DNA from: a virus
DNA: 64,000 bases
Direction: 5' to 3' (one strand)
Virus record (IMG/VR): IMGVR_UViG_3300017971_000201
Coordinates: 32,001-96,000 of that record
The notes beneath the pieces were generated by a model, which ran no database searches, had not been told where the DNA came from, and worked only from the letters and a program-made list of their open reading frames with translations. The position numbers were made by a program, and so were the translations under genes. Positions 6,419-15,143 of this stretch are shown here, piece after piece (the stretch's first letter is position 1; each line of letters opens with the position of its first letter).

Positions 6419-9004
6419 TTAGGCGTTGTCACCCCCGAGTAGCTCCGCAGCTGTGAAGCGCCGCAGGCACTTCATGCAGGTGGTCTTCTTGCCGCTCTCC
6501 TTCATCCGATCGACCACCTTGCGCGAGATGAGCTTGATCTCGCCCTTCTCCTTGCAGCCTGGACAGAAGTAGGCGCCCGAGGTCAGCGCTGACGGCTCTC
6601 GCGCGTCCAGGCGGGCGAGCCTCGCGCGCGCGATCTGGGCGTAGTCCTCATCCTTGTCGCAGGTCACGAACTGGAAGCCGAGCCTCTTCGCGGCCACTGG
6701 CGTCGAGCCCGTCCCGCAGAACGGATCAAGCACGACTCCGCCCTCCTGCGTGACGAGCCGGATGAGGTACTCCATTAACGCAAGCGGCTTCTGGGTCGGG
6801 TGGCTGATCACCTCGTCCTTGTGCTCGTCGTGCTCCTCGAAGCTGTCACCCTCATGGTTGAAGACCAGCTGACAGCGGCGGCAGTAGGACCAACGCTCCT
6901 TCGTCGCTGCCTTGGGCGTATAGAAGAAGCGGCAGCTAGCAGCGAGCTTTTCTTCTACGGTAAGCCCGCATGTAGGCGTTGTGTTCGGATGACGCGGATG
7001 GATCGTCAGAAAGAAGCGGCTTGCGCCTCCTGCGTCATCGAATCCGGTTCTTGGCTGTAAGGATCCCACGCGACCTTTACCGCTATCCGCGATAGCCGGA
7101 CTGGCCGAACGCCGGATGGCAATAGGATTGGTGGGTACGGTGCTCTGGCTGCGCCCACTCTGCCGATCAAGCTCGGCGACCGGACAGCCAGGCGCGCACT
7201 CGTACTCCTGGACCTCTTCCTTGCCATCGTCGTCGGCGTAGGTCTGATCTTCGCCGCGCTGAGTGCGAGCCTTCAGGTTGATCCGCTGGTCTGCACCATC
7301 CTCCGGCAGGTTGCGCTTCACCGCCGTTCCGGTGCGTACCCGCTTCGATCCGACCAGCTGGCACTCGTCAGTAGCACAATGAACGAACCATTTGCGCCAT
7401 CCAGCCGGAATCAGTTCACGGATAACTTCAAGGCGCGCACTTGGGCGCGTAGCCGTTTGTTCTCCGCCCGAATTCTTACAAGTTCTCGTTCCACCTTCCG
7501 GTGGTCCTTGCTGTGGTCTCTCCGATCCGTGACTTCCAGGTTCCTCGGCCGGTTGTCGTCCTTGATCCCGTTCCGGTGGTGAACGATCTCCGTACGCGCC
7601 AGCGGTCTGCCCAGCGTCATCGCGGCAACCGCCCTGTGCTCCAACACGTACTTGCCCTTCACCATCTTCCGAGCGAACGGTCGCAGCGGTTCTGGGAGCA
7701 CTTCGATCATCACGTGCAGGTAGCCGTTGCGGTCCTTGTATCTGCCGCCCTTCCACTGCGACGAATTCTCCCGCAGGAACTTGCCCGTCGCCGCGTCCGC
7801 CATCTTCTTGCGAGACGCTTTCGTGTGGCGTTTCCCTAGTCGGCTGAGGTTGGCCTTCGCATGGCACGCCCGCGAGCAGTACTTCCTTCGCCCGTTCCTC
7901 GCCCATGCCGGTGTGACCTCGAAACTCCGCCGGCAGTGCTTGCAGGTGATCTTCACCCACTGCACCTTGCGCTTCTTGCGGCGCGCTTGTCCAGCGCACG
8001 CCTGAGTACAGAAGCGTCGTTTCGCGAGCCGCGCCGGCATCCCGCGCATCAGCTCTCCGCAGTGCTCGCACGGCTTCGTCAACGCGGTAGTAGGCATAGA
8101 TCGTGGCACGCTGCTCCTCCGTCGCATCGGGTACGAGCGTGTACCAATCATACTCGATATGTGAGAGGATCACGTTCGATGGCCACCGTCCGTCCTTCGA
8201 CTCGCACGCGATGTTCTTGAAGCCGCCTTTGTGGCAGGGAGAGCCTCCCTTGCCCTTCGGGTAGCTCCAGCCTGGGTTCGGGCCGACGCGTGCCGCGTCG
8301 ATGTTCAGCGCGCCTGTTCCGTGTTCCAGAACGTGGTCGGCGTACCGGCCGTTGAACGGCTTGCGGGCCAGCACGATCGGCTCGTGCGCCGGCTTGAGAG
8401 CTGTTCCCCAGCCCTTCCATGCCGCACCTTCCTCGGTCGCCGGCTCATCCCGGATCGTCCGGCCGCCGCGCCTGTCCTTGCTCGAGATCCCCCTGTTGGT
8501 CGTGTGCTCACGCCGCCGGCCCTCGCCAGTGCGGACCTCGTCGTTCGCGAACTTGATCGCGTGCGAGTCCGAGCGGCCGGTCGTCAGCAGCGCGTCGATG
8601 CCCTTCGAGATGTTGTGCGACTTCGGGAAGCCGGTGCCTGTGAGCCAGTCGATCTGGTCGTAGACCTCGAAGCCGGCGAACCGGATCGCCATCACGCCCC
8701 AGTCGAATGTGCGCGTCCCGAAGAATGACATCAGCCAGGCGCCGGGCTTCAGGACACGGTAGACCTCGCGCCAGAGCGTCGGGCCGGGGACGAACCTGTC
8801 CCACTCGTTCTCCATGAAGCCGCCGCCGGCCGGCGCGAAATCCTCACCGGCGAGCCAGGCGCGCATGACCTCAGCTGGATCAGGCTGGTGGACGCCCAGG
8901 CCGTACGGGCTGTCGGTCACACAGGAGTCGATGCACTCGTCGGGGAGCTGCCGCAGGTACTCCGCAGCATCGCCAACCCCGACTGCATTCAGGTAAGACA
9001 CCAA
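6419..9004 (-). CDS. DNA amino-methyltransferase (N6-A/N4-C, beta class) with a large internal insertion
   Basis: Motif IV VTDSPYG precedes HPTQKP and motif I VLDPFCGTGST; conserved GFPKS, GWGTALKPAHEPI, GRWPSN and GGASRFF; C-terminal CxxC pair. Confidence 0.85.
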   Translation of the reverse strand: MVSYLNAVGVGDAAEYLRQLPDECIDSCVTDSPYGLGVHQPDPAEVMRAWLAGEDFAPAGGGFMENEWDRFVPGPTLWREVYRVLKPGAWLMSFFGTRTFDWGVMAIRFAGFEVYDQIDWLTGTGFPKSHNISKGIDALLTTGRSDSHAIKFANDEVRTGEGRRREHTTNRGISSKDRRGGRTIRDEPATEEGAAWKGWGTALKPAHEPIVLARKPFNGRYADHVLEHGTGALNIDAARVGPNPGWSYPKGKGGSPCHKGGFKNIACESKDGRWPSNVILSHIEYDWYTLVPDATEEQRATIYAYYRVDEAVRALRRADARDAGAARETTLLYSGVRWTSAPQEAQGAVGEDHLQALPAEFRGHTGMGEERAKEVLLAGVPCEGQPQPTRETPHESVSQEDGGRGDGQVPAGEFVAVEGRQIQGPQRLPARDDRSAPRTAATVRSEDGEGQVRVGAQGGCRDDAGQTAGAYGDRSPPERDQGRQPAEEPGSHGSERPQQGPPEGGTRTCKNSGGEQTATRPSARLEVIRELIPAGWRKWFVHCATDECQLVGSKRVRTGTAVKRNLPEDGADQRINLKARTQRGEDQTYADDDGKEEVQEYECAPGCPVAELDRQSGRSQSTVPTNPIAIRRSASPAIADSGKGRVGSLQPRTGFDDAGGASRFFLTIHPRHPNTTPTCGLTVEEKLAASCRFFYTPKAATKERWSYCRRCQLVFNHEGDSFEEHDEHKDEVISHPTQKPLALMEYLIRLVTQEGGVVLDPFCGTGSTPVAAKRLGFQFVTCDKDEDYAQIARARLARLDAREPSALTSGAYFCPGCKEKGEIKLISRKVVDRMKESGKKTTCMKCLRRFTAAELLGGDNA
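7411..8109 (-). CDS. HNH homing endonuclease nested out of frame in the methyltransferase
   Basis: CxxC zinc fingers, NUMOD3-like GKRHTKASRKKM, and EHRAV...VHHRNGIKDDNRPRNL; GGAGG lies 6 nt before GTG 8109 (alternative ATG at 8097). Confidence 0.85.
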   Translation of the reverse strand: MPRSMPTTALTKPCEHCGELMRGMPARLAKRRFCTQACAGQARRKKRKVQWVKITCKHCRRSFEVTPAWARNGRRKYCSRACHAKANLSRLGKRHTKASRKKMADAATGKFLRENSSQWKGGRYKDRNGYLHVMIEVLPEPLRPFARKMVKGKYVLEHRAVAAMTLGRPLARTEIVHHRNGIKDDNRPRNLEVTDRRDHSKDHRKVERELVRIRAENKRLRAQVRALKLSVN

Positions 9005-9021
9005 TGCCCCCGGCCCGTCGC

Positions 9022-9759
9022 TTACTCGCCGTCATCCCCCGGGCCAGAGTCTACCTCGTCCTTCAGACGTTGGGCGATTTCTTCGAGCTTCTCGCGCATC
9101 GAAGCGCAAGCCGCGTCAAACTCGTCGATTACACCATCGACGATCTCAGCCGCCTCGCCGATGACCGGAGCGCGCATCTCGCGGCGCAGCTCGGCCGCTC
9201 GCTGTCGGATCTCCTGGAGGACGCGCTCCTGAGCGCCGGACCGCAGCCGGTTGTAGGCTTCCTCGACCTTGTTGAGCTTCGTCTCGAGTTTCGCCATGCG
9301 CTTGATGGCGGCATCGGCCTTCTCGCGCTCGCCCTCGGCTAACGCCTTCCAGGCGTTGTCAACCGTCTCGAGAGCCTCCTGGGCGCGCGGAGGGTTCTTC
9401 GCCACCAGGGCCTCGCCCGACATCTGTACGGCGTCCACGAACCAGTCGGCCCTGACCCGGGCCGCGTCCTGGACGGCCGATGACCATCCATCACGCGCCT
9501 TGAGCACTGGAACGCCCCACACACGGCCCATCTCGTGCGCCTGCTTCGAGAAGTTGTGGGAGACGGCTATCGTACAGACGACGATCGCGTCGGCCGGCTG
9601 TGTGTCGAGCCGGCCCTTGCCTCCCTGTGTCTGCTGGTCGATCAGCTCGATGTCGAACGCGTTGCGTGCCCAGACGGGGATGTTCTTCTCCTTACCACCG
9701 ATCACGAGCACGCGGCGGCGTAACGGACCAGACGGCTGATCGCCGTTCCTGTTGGACAT
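9022..9759 (-). CDS. DUF2325-like domain + coiled-coil protein
   Basis: RVLVIGG...ADAIVVCTIAVSHN...GVPVLKAR pattern; GGAGG before ATG 9759; GGGTAGAAC at 9777-9785. Confidence 0.6.
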   Translation of the reverse strand: MSNRNGDQPSGPLRRRVLVIGGKEKNIPVWARNAFDIELIDQQTQGGKGRLDTQPADAIVVCTIAVSHNFSKQAHEMGRVWGVPVLKARDGWSSAVQDAARVRADWFVDAVQMSGEALVAKNPPRAQEALETVDNAWKALAEGEREKADAAIKRMAKLETKLNKVEEAYNRLRSGAQERVLQEIRQRAAELRREMRAPVIGEAAEIVDGVIDEFDAACASMREKLEEIAQRLKDEVDSGPGDDGE

Positions 9760-9779
9760 GGTGTCCTCCAAGGACCGTT

Positions 9780-10169
9780 CTACCCGGCGTCGGCCACATC
9801 TCGGCCAAGATCGGCCAGGGCCTCGACAGCATCAGCTGGCCAGCGCGGCTTGGTCTCGCGCGTCTTGAGCGTCGTATCGGTGACCTCGACGACCTCGGCT
9901 TCCCAGCCGTCCGAGACCAGGTGCTTGAACCTGTTGACGATCTTGGAGAACCGCCGCGCCCAGGGAACGCTGTCGAACTCCCACGCGTCGTCGATGTTGC
10001 ACGTCGTGTACCACGACCTGTCGGGCGTTATCCGACCATTCTTCCAAGAGCGCCCCGTCTCGGTGGCCGCAGCCCATACGCAGTTCAGGTCCCCGTCGTC
10101 GTCCATGCGCTGGAAGCGCAGGAGAATCCTGGTCGTTGCGCTGTCCTGGATGGTCTCGCGCTCGATCAT
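9780..10169 (-). CDS. hypothetical protein (paralogue of 10166-10663)
   Basis: ATGA overlap; ends ...DAVEALADLGRDVADAG. Confidence 0.65.
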   Translation of the reverse strand: MIERETIQDSATTRILLRFQRMDDDGDLNCVWAAATETGRSWKNGRITPDRSWYTTCNIDDAWEFDSVPWARRFSKIVNRFKHLVSDGWEAEVVEVTDTTLKTRETKPRWPADAVEALADLGRDVADAG

Positions 10170-10663
10170 GCGACCTCCGCTTCCTCCGCCTCCTTCATCT
10201 CCTCGGTCAGCACTGACAGGCCGACCTCGGCGAGAGCTGAGATCACGTCGAGCGGGTAGACGCGCCGGGCCGTGCGCCTGATCGTGCAGACGACCTCCAG
10301 CACCTCCAGCTTGTAGCACCACTTGAGGAGCTGCTTGGACCGGCCGACGATCTTCGAGTACTTGAGCGCTTCGCCAACGCTCTCGAACCGATGGGCAAGC
10401 AGGATGTTCTTCGTGTCGCCCCACTTCCGTCGCGGCCGATACTCGCCGCTGCGGGCGTCCCACCGCTCACCGTCGCTCTCGCTTTCCAGATAGACCATCT
10501 TGTTGATCCACTTGTAGAGAGGCTGGCCGGTCGTCTTCGACTTCAGGCGAACTCTGACGGTCCTGCCGTTCTTCTGCTTCTTCCGCGTCCTGCTGATTCT
10601 CGCCCGCTTGGTGTAACGCAGCACGAAGTACGACTCTCGCGCGTCGGTGATGACCTCAGCCAC
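10166..10663 (-). CDS. hypothetical protein
   Basis: GTG at 10663; shares NI..A..F.SV..A...SK and EV.EV motifs with the downstream gene. Confidence 0.65.
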   Translation of the reverse strand: MAEVITDARESYFVLRYTKRARISRTRKKQKNGRTVRVRLKSKTTGQPLYKWINKMVYLESESDGERWDARSGEYRPRRKWGDTKNILLAHRFESVGEALKYSKIVGRSKQLLKWCYKLEVLEVVCTIRRTARRVYPLDVISALAEVGLSVLTEEMKEAEEAEVA

Positions 10664-11045
10664 GCTTCTTCCCCTTCTCCGTTTCCGCGAGACGCTTGAC
10701 GATCCACTGGCAGACGTCACCGTTGTGGCGGTAGCAGTCGCCCGACTCGTGACGAAGGAGCAGATCGGCATCGCGCACGATCCCACCGTTCAGGTGCTCG
10801 CGCTTCGGATCGCGGATCTCTAGCAGCTTGCCCTTCCGGCCCTTGCCGGGCCATCGGAGCCGCGACCCCTGGACCTTTCGATCCGTGCTCGTAGTCCAGT
10901 TGCGCAGAGTCACGCGCAGGTCAGGCCGGGTCTTTCGGATGAACTTGACGAGCGTGGTGAGACGGGGCGGGATCGGTTTCTCATTGAACCCCGGCATCCA
11001 CTTGGCGCCGGCCTCGATCCGCTTGCGCAGATCCTCGTCGCTCAT
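10656..11045 (-). CDS. hypothetical basic protein
   Basis: ATG at 11045 with GGAGG and an ATGA overlap. Confidence 0.6.
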   Translation of the reverse strand: MSDEDLRKRIEAGAKWMPGFNEKPIPPRLTTLVKFIRKTRPDLRVTLRNWTTSTDRKVQGSRLRWPGKGRKGKLLEIRDPKREHLNGGIVRDADLLLRHESGDCYRHNGDVCQWIVKRLAETEKGKKRG

Positions 11046-11305
11046 GACGCCCTCCCTACGGTCGTCTCGAACAGGAACGGGAGCCCGTCGCAGCCAGCAT
11101 CCCAGACGTCCTGGGCAGTGAACGTCGCGGCCCACGCGTCCACGTAGACCGACCACGGGCCGAGGTGGTTGCCATCATCGGCCGCCACGTGCTCGGGCAC
11201 GAAGCGGACCGTCTGATCCTCCTCGACGAACACCAGGAATCCGTCGCCCCACTGCGGGTGCGTCGCGGTCATCAGGCCCCAGTCTTCGACGTGTCCCAGC
11301 TTCAC
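11042..11305 (-). CDS. hypothetical protein
   Basis: GTGA overlap with the phosphatase stop. Confidence 0.6.
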   Translation of the reverse strand: MKLGHVEDWGLMTATHPQWGDGFLVFVEEDQTVRFVPEHVAADDGNHLGPWSVYVDAWAATFTAQDVWDAGCDGLPFLFETTVGRAS

Positions 11306-12132
11306 GAGTAGCGCTCCCACGGCTCGAGCTGCCTGGCGTAGCGCCCGCGATTCCGCCCTCGACGCTCGCGCCGGAACAGCCGGCCCAGCTCGTCGTGGAA
11401 GCGGCGCGGATCGAAGGTCGTGTCCGAGTCGCGGGCCTGGTCGCCGTACGGGACCGTGATCGGCTCGAGCTGCTCGTCATCCTTCTCGTTGCTCACGATG
11501 ACCGCGTGGATCCGGCGGAAGCCTTCGCCGTCGATCCCGATCGCGTGCTCGTAGCGTGCGATCTCCCGGTGGCTCTCGTGCCCGAACACGATCGTGCCCC
11601 AGCGACCGTCGTAGACCTCGGCCCAGAACACGTCGCTCATCATGGTGCCAGGCAGCTCGTAGTAGCGGTCGTCGAGATAGCGCGTGCGGAGCATGTAGTC
11701 GCCGCCGATCTCGGGCGTCGCCATGTGCGGCGTGACCCCACCGTGGACGCAGAACAGGTCCAGCTCGTGGACCACGATGTATCGCGGGAGCGTCTCCATC
11801 CAGTCCAGCTCGGCTCGGGTGAGCTGCTGGTAGAGGCGGCGATCCTCGGGTGTCGGGATACGGTCGCGGCCCGGCTTGGGCACCCGCCGGCGGATCCGCA
11901 CGTAGGCATCCTCGTGGTTGCCGCTGATCACCTCGAGCGAGTGAAGCTCGCCGGACCTGGCTCGGAACTGCCAGGTCATCGCAATGCGGAGGCACGCCTT
12001 GGATTCAGGACCACGGTCGACCAGGTCGCCGAGCAGGATGATGCGGTCGACGCCTCGCTCTTCCAGCTCGCCGATCATCTCGGCCAGCTCGCGGGCGTGT
12101 CCGTGAACATCTCCTATGATCCCTACTCGCAC
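11302..12132 (-). CDS. metallophosphoesterase, PPP/ApaH-like Ser/Thr phosphatase
   Basis: GDVHG, GDLVDRG, GNHE, VHGG and FGH motifs. Confidence 0.9.
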   Translation of the reverse strand: MRVGIIGDVHGHARELAEMIGELEERGVDRIILLGDLVDRGPESKACLRIAMTWQFRARSGELHSLEVISGNHEDAYVRIRRRVPKPGRDRIPTPEDRRLYQQLTRAELDWMETLPRYIVVHELDLFCVHGGVTPHMATPEIGGDYMLRTRYLDDRYYELPGTMMSDVFWAEVYDGRWGTIVFGHESHREIARYEHAIGIDGEGFRRIHAVIVSNEKDDEQLEPITVPYGDQARDSDTTFDPRRFHDELGRLFRRERRGRNRGRYARQLEPWERYS

Positions 12133-12410
12133 TAGTCAGCCTCCTTCGCCATTGCGGCCAGCTCCTCGTCGGTCTTCCGCCGCCACGTCCGCTTCTCACG
12201 GATGTCGAGTCCCAGGTGCCGCCTCATGATGTAGAGGGCGCGCGTGGTGAGCTGGCTGGGGGTGTTGAGCACCGCGCTCCGGTCGGCCGGGAAGTACACG
12301 ATCGACCGCTCGCTGTTCGTGACGTAGACCTTGCGCTCGTCGATCTGGACGGTGTAGCCGGCCAGCTCGGCATCGCGCAGTAGCCGTTGGAACGGCTTGG
12401 TTAAGGTCAT
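12132..12410 (-). CDS. hypothetical protein
   Basis: Strong RBS GAGGAGG directly after bipartite motif copy 2. Confidence 0.65.
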   Translation of the reverse strand: MTLTKPFQRLLRDAELAGYTVQIDERKVYVTNSERSIVYFPADRSAVLNTPSQLTTRALYIMRRHLGLDIREKRTWRRKTDEELAAMAKEAD

Positions 12411-12425
12411 CTGTCCTCCTCATCT

Positions 12426-12454
12426 CTCTCAACAACCTCGCCGGCTGTTCTCAC
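12426..12454 (-). promoter_or_regulatory. bipartite motif copy 2
   Basis: GTGAGAA-CAGCCGGCGAG-GTTGTTGAGAG, followed by RBS and ATG 12410. Confidence 0.7.
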
Positions 12455-12714
12455 ACGCCAATCCTCGCTCCTCCGGCAAGTGCGGCGAGTCGCTCGATGG
12501 CGCTCACCTCGGTGATCTCGTCGGGCTGCGCCCAGTCGCGGAAGCCGTACTCGCCGCGCCAGCGCACGAGCACCGCCTCGCCCGGCCACGACGTGCGCAG
12601 CACCTTACCCCGCATCTTCCGCTGATCGTCGCTGAGGCTGTTGCCGAGGTCGTTCTCGAGCCACCGGACGATCGTGCCCTTCTCGAAGACGATCTCGTCC
12701 ATCGGGTCGCTCAC
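12451..12714 (-). CDS. small SH3/KOW-like protein
   Basis: GTGA overlap; FEKGTIVRW...GKV...VLVRW pattern; ends SAIERLAALAG. Confidence 0.55.
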   Translation of the reverse strand: MSDPMDEIVFEKGTIVRWLENDLGNSLSDDQRKMRGKVLRTSWPGEAVLVRWRGEYGFRDWAQPDEITEVSAIERLAALAGGARIGV

Positions 12715-13739
12715 GCGCTCACCTCGTGAAGCCGCTCGGCCAGGTTGGCGAGGTAGGAGCTGTCTTCGACCCGCTCGATCCAGTCGGCCGGCACGCCGCG
12801 CTCCTCGTCGAGACCCCACCAGGCCCCTGCGAGAGCGCCGGCGATGCAGCCGATCGAGTCGGAGTCGCCGACCGTGTTGGCGCCGTAGCGCACGGTCTCG
12901 ACGTACCCCTCGCCGCGCTCGTGGGCGAGCAGGAAGCAGTAGAGCGAGCTGGCCAGGGCCTCGTCGCCGTGCCAGCTCTCGCCGAGGCCGCCCTCGAACG
13001 TCTGGACATCCCAGGGCTCGACCTCGCCGTTCACCGTCGCCTCGACGGCCGCCGGCACGCGGTCGAGGAGCTGCCGCAGGTTCTCGTCCAGGTCGTCGCC
13101 CGCGAAGTGCGCCAGCGTGATCATGAGGTTCTCGGGCTCGACCTGGCCAGTCGCCAGAAGGTGGACGGCGAGCGCACCCAGCTGCGCGGCCTGCCACGCC
13201 GACGGGTGCCCGTGCGTGCAGATCGCCTGGGCCTTCGCGATCTCGAGGATCGTCTCGGGCTTGTCGTAGACCAGGCCGACCGGCGCGGTTCGCATCACGC
13301 CGCCGCAGCCCTTCGAGCGCTTGATGCCGCTCTCGAGCCAGTGAGCACCGCTCTCGAGGTTCCGGCAGCCGCCCATGCACGTGCTCCCGGGCGCGCGGCC
13401 AGACTGGTCGGAGCGCAGCCACATGATGAGGTGCCTCACCACGACCGGCATCACGAAGTGAGGATCGGACATGTCGGCCGTGCAGACCGGGTGCCCCAGC
13501 AGGCGCGCCTCAGCTCGCGCGCGCTTGACCTCGCCCGCCGCGTCGATCAGCCCCTCGGCGATGGCGATCGTCATGCACGTGTCGTCCGTGAAGTGGCCAT
13601 CAGTCTGGACCAGGTTGCGGATCCCCGCCTGACCGAACCGACGGCGGATCCCCTCCATCCCCATGAACTCGGTCGGCGCGCCGAGGGCGTCGCCGCACGC
13701 GAGTCCGTAGAGCACGGCCTTGATGGTGTTGAGGTGCAT
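12711..13739 (-). CDS. ADP-ribosylglycohydrolase (ARH/DraG family)
   Basis: GLACGDALG, FTDDT, GCGGVMRTAP, THGHP and GDSDSIGCIAG motifs. Confidence 0.92.
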   Translation of the reverse strand: MHLNTIKAVLYGLACGDALGAPTEFMGMEGIRRRFGQAGIRNLVQTDGHFTDDTCMTIAIAEGLIDAAGEVKRARAEARLLGHPVCTADMSDPHFVMPVVVRHLIMWLRSDQSGRAPGSTCMGGCRNLESGAHWLESGIKRSKGCGGVMRTAPVGLVYDKPETILEIAKAQAICTHGHPSAWQAAQLGALAVHLLATGQVEPENLMITLAHFAGDDLDENLRQLLDRVPAAVEATVNGEVEPWDVQTFEGGLGESWHGDEALASSLYCFLLAHERGEGYVETVRYGANTVGDSDSIGCIAGALAGAWWGLDEERGVPADWIERVEDSSYLANLAERLHEVSA

Positions 13740-14005
13740 CAGATCTCTCCGTTCCAGGCGAGGCAGTTCTCGCTGCCATCGCACGCTTCGAGTCCTTCGT
13801 TCATGCGCTCTCGCAGGTCCCGCCAGACCTCGACTGAGCACTCATCAGGGGCCTGTGAGGAGACCAGCTCGTGCACGCCGCTGTAGGCGAAGTGGAAGCC
13901 GTCGGGGGCGGTGACCGTGACCTCGATACCGTCCAGGTGACGGCCCTGATCGACCACGGCCCCGAGATCGGCGGCCATCTTCAGCACTCGCTGCTTGGGT
14001 GTCAC
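13739..14005 (-). CDS. hypothetical protein
   Basis: AAGGAGG then GTG 14005, after bipartite motif copy 3. Confidence 0.65.
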   Translation of the reverse strand: MTPKQRVLKMAADLGAVVDQGRHLDGIEVTVTAPDGFHFAYSGVHELVSSQAPDECSVEVWRDLRERMNEGLEACDGSENCLAWNGEI

Positions 14006-14022
14006 GCGATCCTCCTTCATCC

Positions 14023-14159
14023 CTCTCAACAACCTCACCTCCTGTTCTCACGGTTCTACCCAGGACCGGTCCGGCGCGGCCCGGAAGCCTGGGTATAACC
14101 CCTGATAGCCCAGCAACATCGGATTTCCGTGTGAGAACCGAGAGCGGAGTTGTTGGGAG
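14023..14159. promoter_or_regulatory. divergent control region with motif copies 3 (-) and 4 (+) and an inverted GGGTAGAAC/GGGTATAAC pair
   Basis: Motifs at 14023-14051(-), 14053-14061(-), 14091-14099(+) and 14131-14159(+), at a strand switch. Confidence 0.75.
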
Positions 14160-14177
14160 GGGTGAAGGAGGAGTCAA

Positions 14178-15026
14178 GTGGGACTCAAGAAGGTCAGCAA
14201 GAAGACGCTCGCGAAGAAGACGCTCACGGACGGGATCCAGGTCCCCTGGAACCTGTGCCTCGACTACCTGCTCGCCGGGCGGGCGGTCGTCACGCTCGTT
14301 GACGTTGCCACCACCAAGCGGCACACCTACTTCGTCTCCCGCGCCGTGGACGAGGTGAAACAGGACGACGGGACGACCAAGGAGATCGAGAAGGACCGCT
14401 GGTTCGTCCACGTGCTCCACGGCTCCGGCGTCAGCCGGCGCTACTCCTACATCGGCGTGATCGACGACGTGCACGGCGTCCGCCGGTTCCGCACCACGAA
14501 TGGGACCAAGACGGCCGCGACCGCCGAGAACATCAACCTGATCGGCGACACGACCAAGTGGCTCGTGGACGGCACCGACGCGTCCCACAAGATCAAGTTC
14601 TGGCACCGTGGCTTCTGCGCTCGCTGCTGCGCGGAGCTGACCGTGCCCGAGTCGATCGCGACCGGCTTCGGCCCGGTCTGCGCCGCCACGATGGGGATCG
14701 AGATGAAGAAGGTCGCGCCGAGCGCGATCGAGAAGCTCGCCGCGCTCTCGCCGGTCGAGGGCGAGGGCGAGCCGGCGCCGGTCGAGGAGGCGCCCAAGCC
14801 GATGGCCCAGGTGGTCAAGGACGCCTTCGACGCACTCGAGGTCGAGACGGACTGCGGACACGAGCCCGAGGCGCCCAAGGAGAAGGCCGCCAAGGTCGTC
14901 GAGCTGCCGGCCGCCGATCCGCTGCGGCCCGTGGCCGAGGCACTGGCCAGCATGAGCGTGGACGAGATCCACGCGTGGCTGAAGCAGCTCATGCCCGCCG
15001 CGCCGGCCAAGAAGGAGACGGCGTGA
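14178..15026 (+). CDS. DUF6011-like zinc-finger protein
   Basis: CARCCAELTVPESIATGFGPVC motif; RBS AAGGAGG before GTG. Confidence 0.7.
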   Translation: MGLKKVSKKTLAKKTLTDGIQVPWNLCLDYLLAGRAVVTLVDVATTKRHTYFVSRAVDEVKQDDGTTKEIEKDRWFVHVLHGSGVSRRYSYIGVIDDVHGVRRFRTTNGTKTAATAENINLIGDTTKWLVDGTDASHKIKFWHRGFCARCCAELTVPESIATGFGPVCAATMGIEMKKVAPSAIEKLAALSPVEGEGEPAPVEEAPKPMAQVVKDAFDALEVETDCGHEPEAPKEKAAKVVELPAADPLRPVAEALASMSVDEIHAWLKQLMPAAPAKKETA

Positions 15027-15143
15027 GCGCCGCTACAGGAACCACGCTGGGGCTCGTCCGCAAGGGAGGCGAGTCCCGGCCCGGAAGTCACCGCTACCAA
15101 CCTGAGAAGGCGGGGTAGAACCTACCCCAGGAGAGGATGTCCA

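Noticed and set aside
7380-8157. Intein in the methyltransferase
   Set aside because: No N-terminal C/S block A, no TxxH, and no terminal HN (the edge reads FVH-C).
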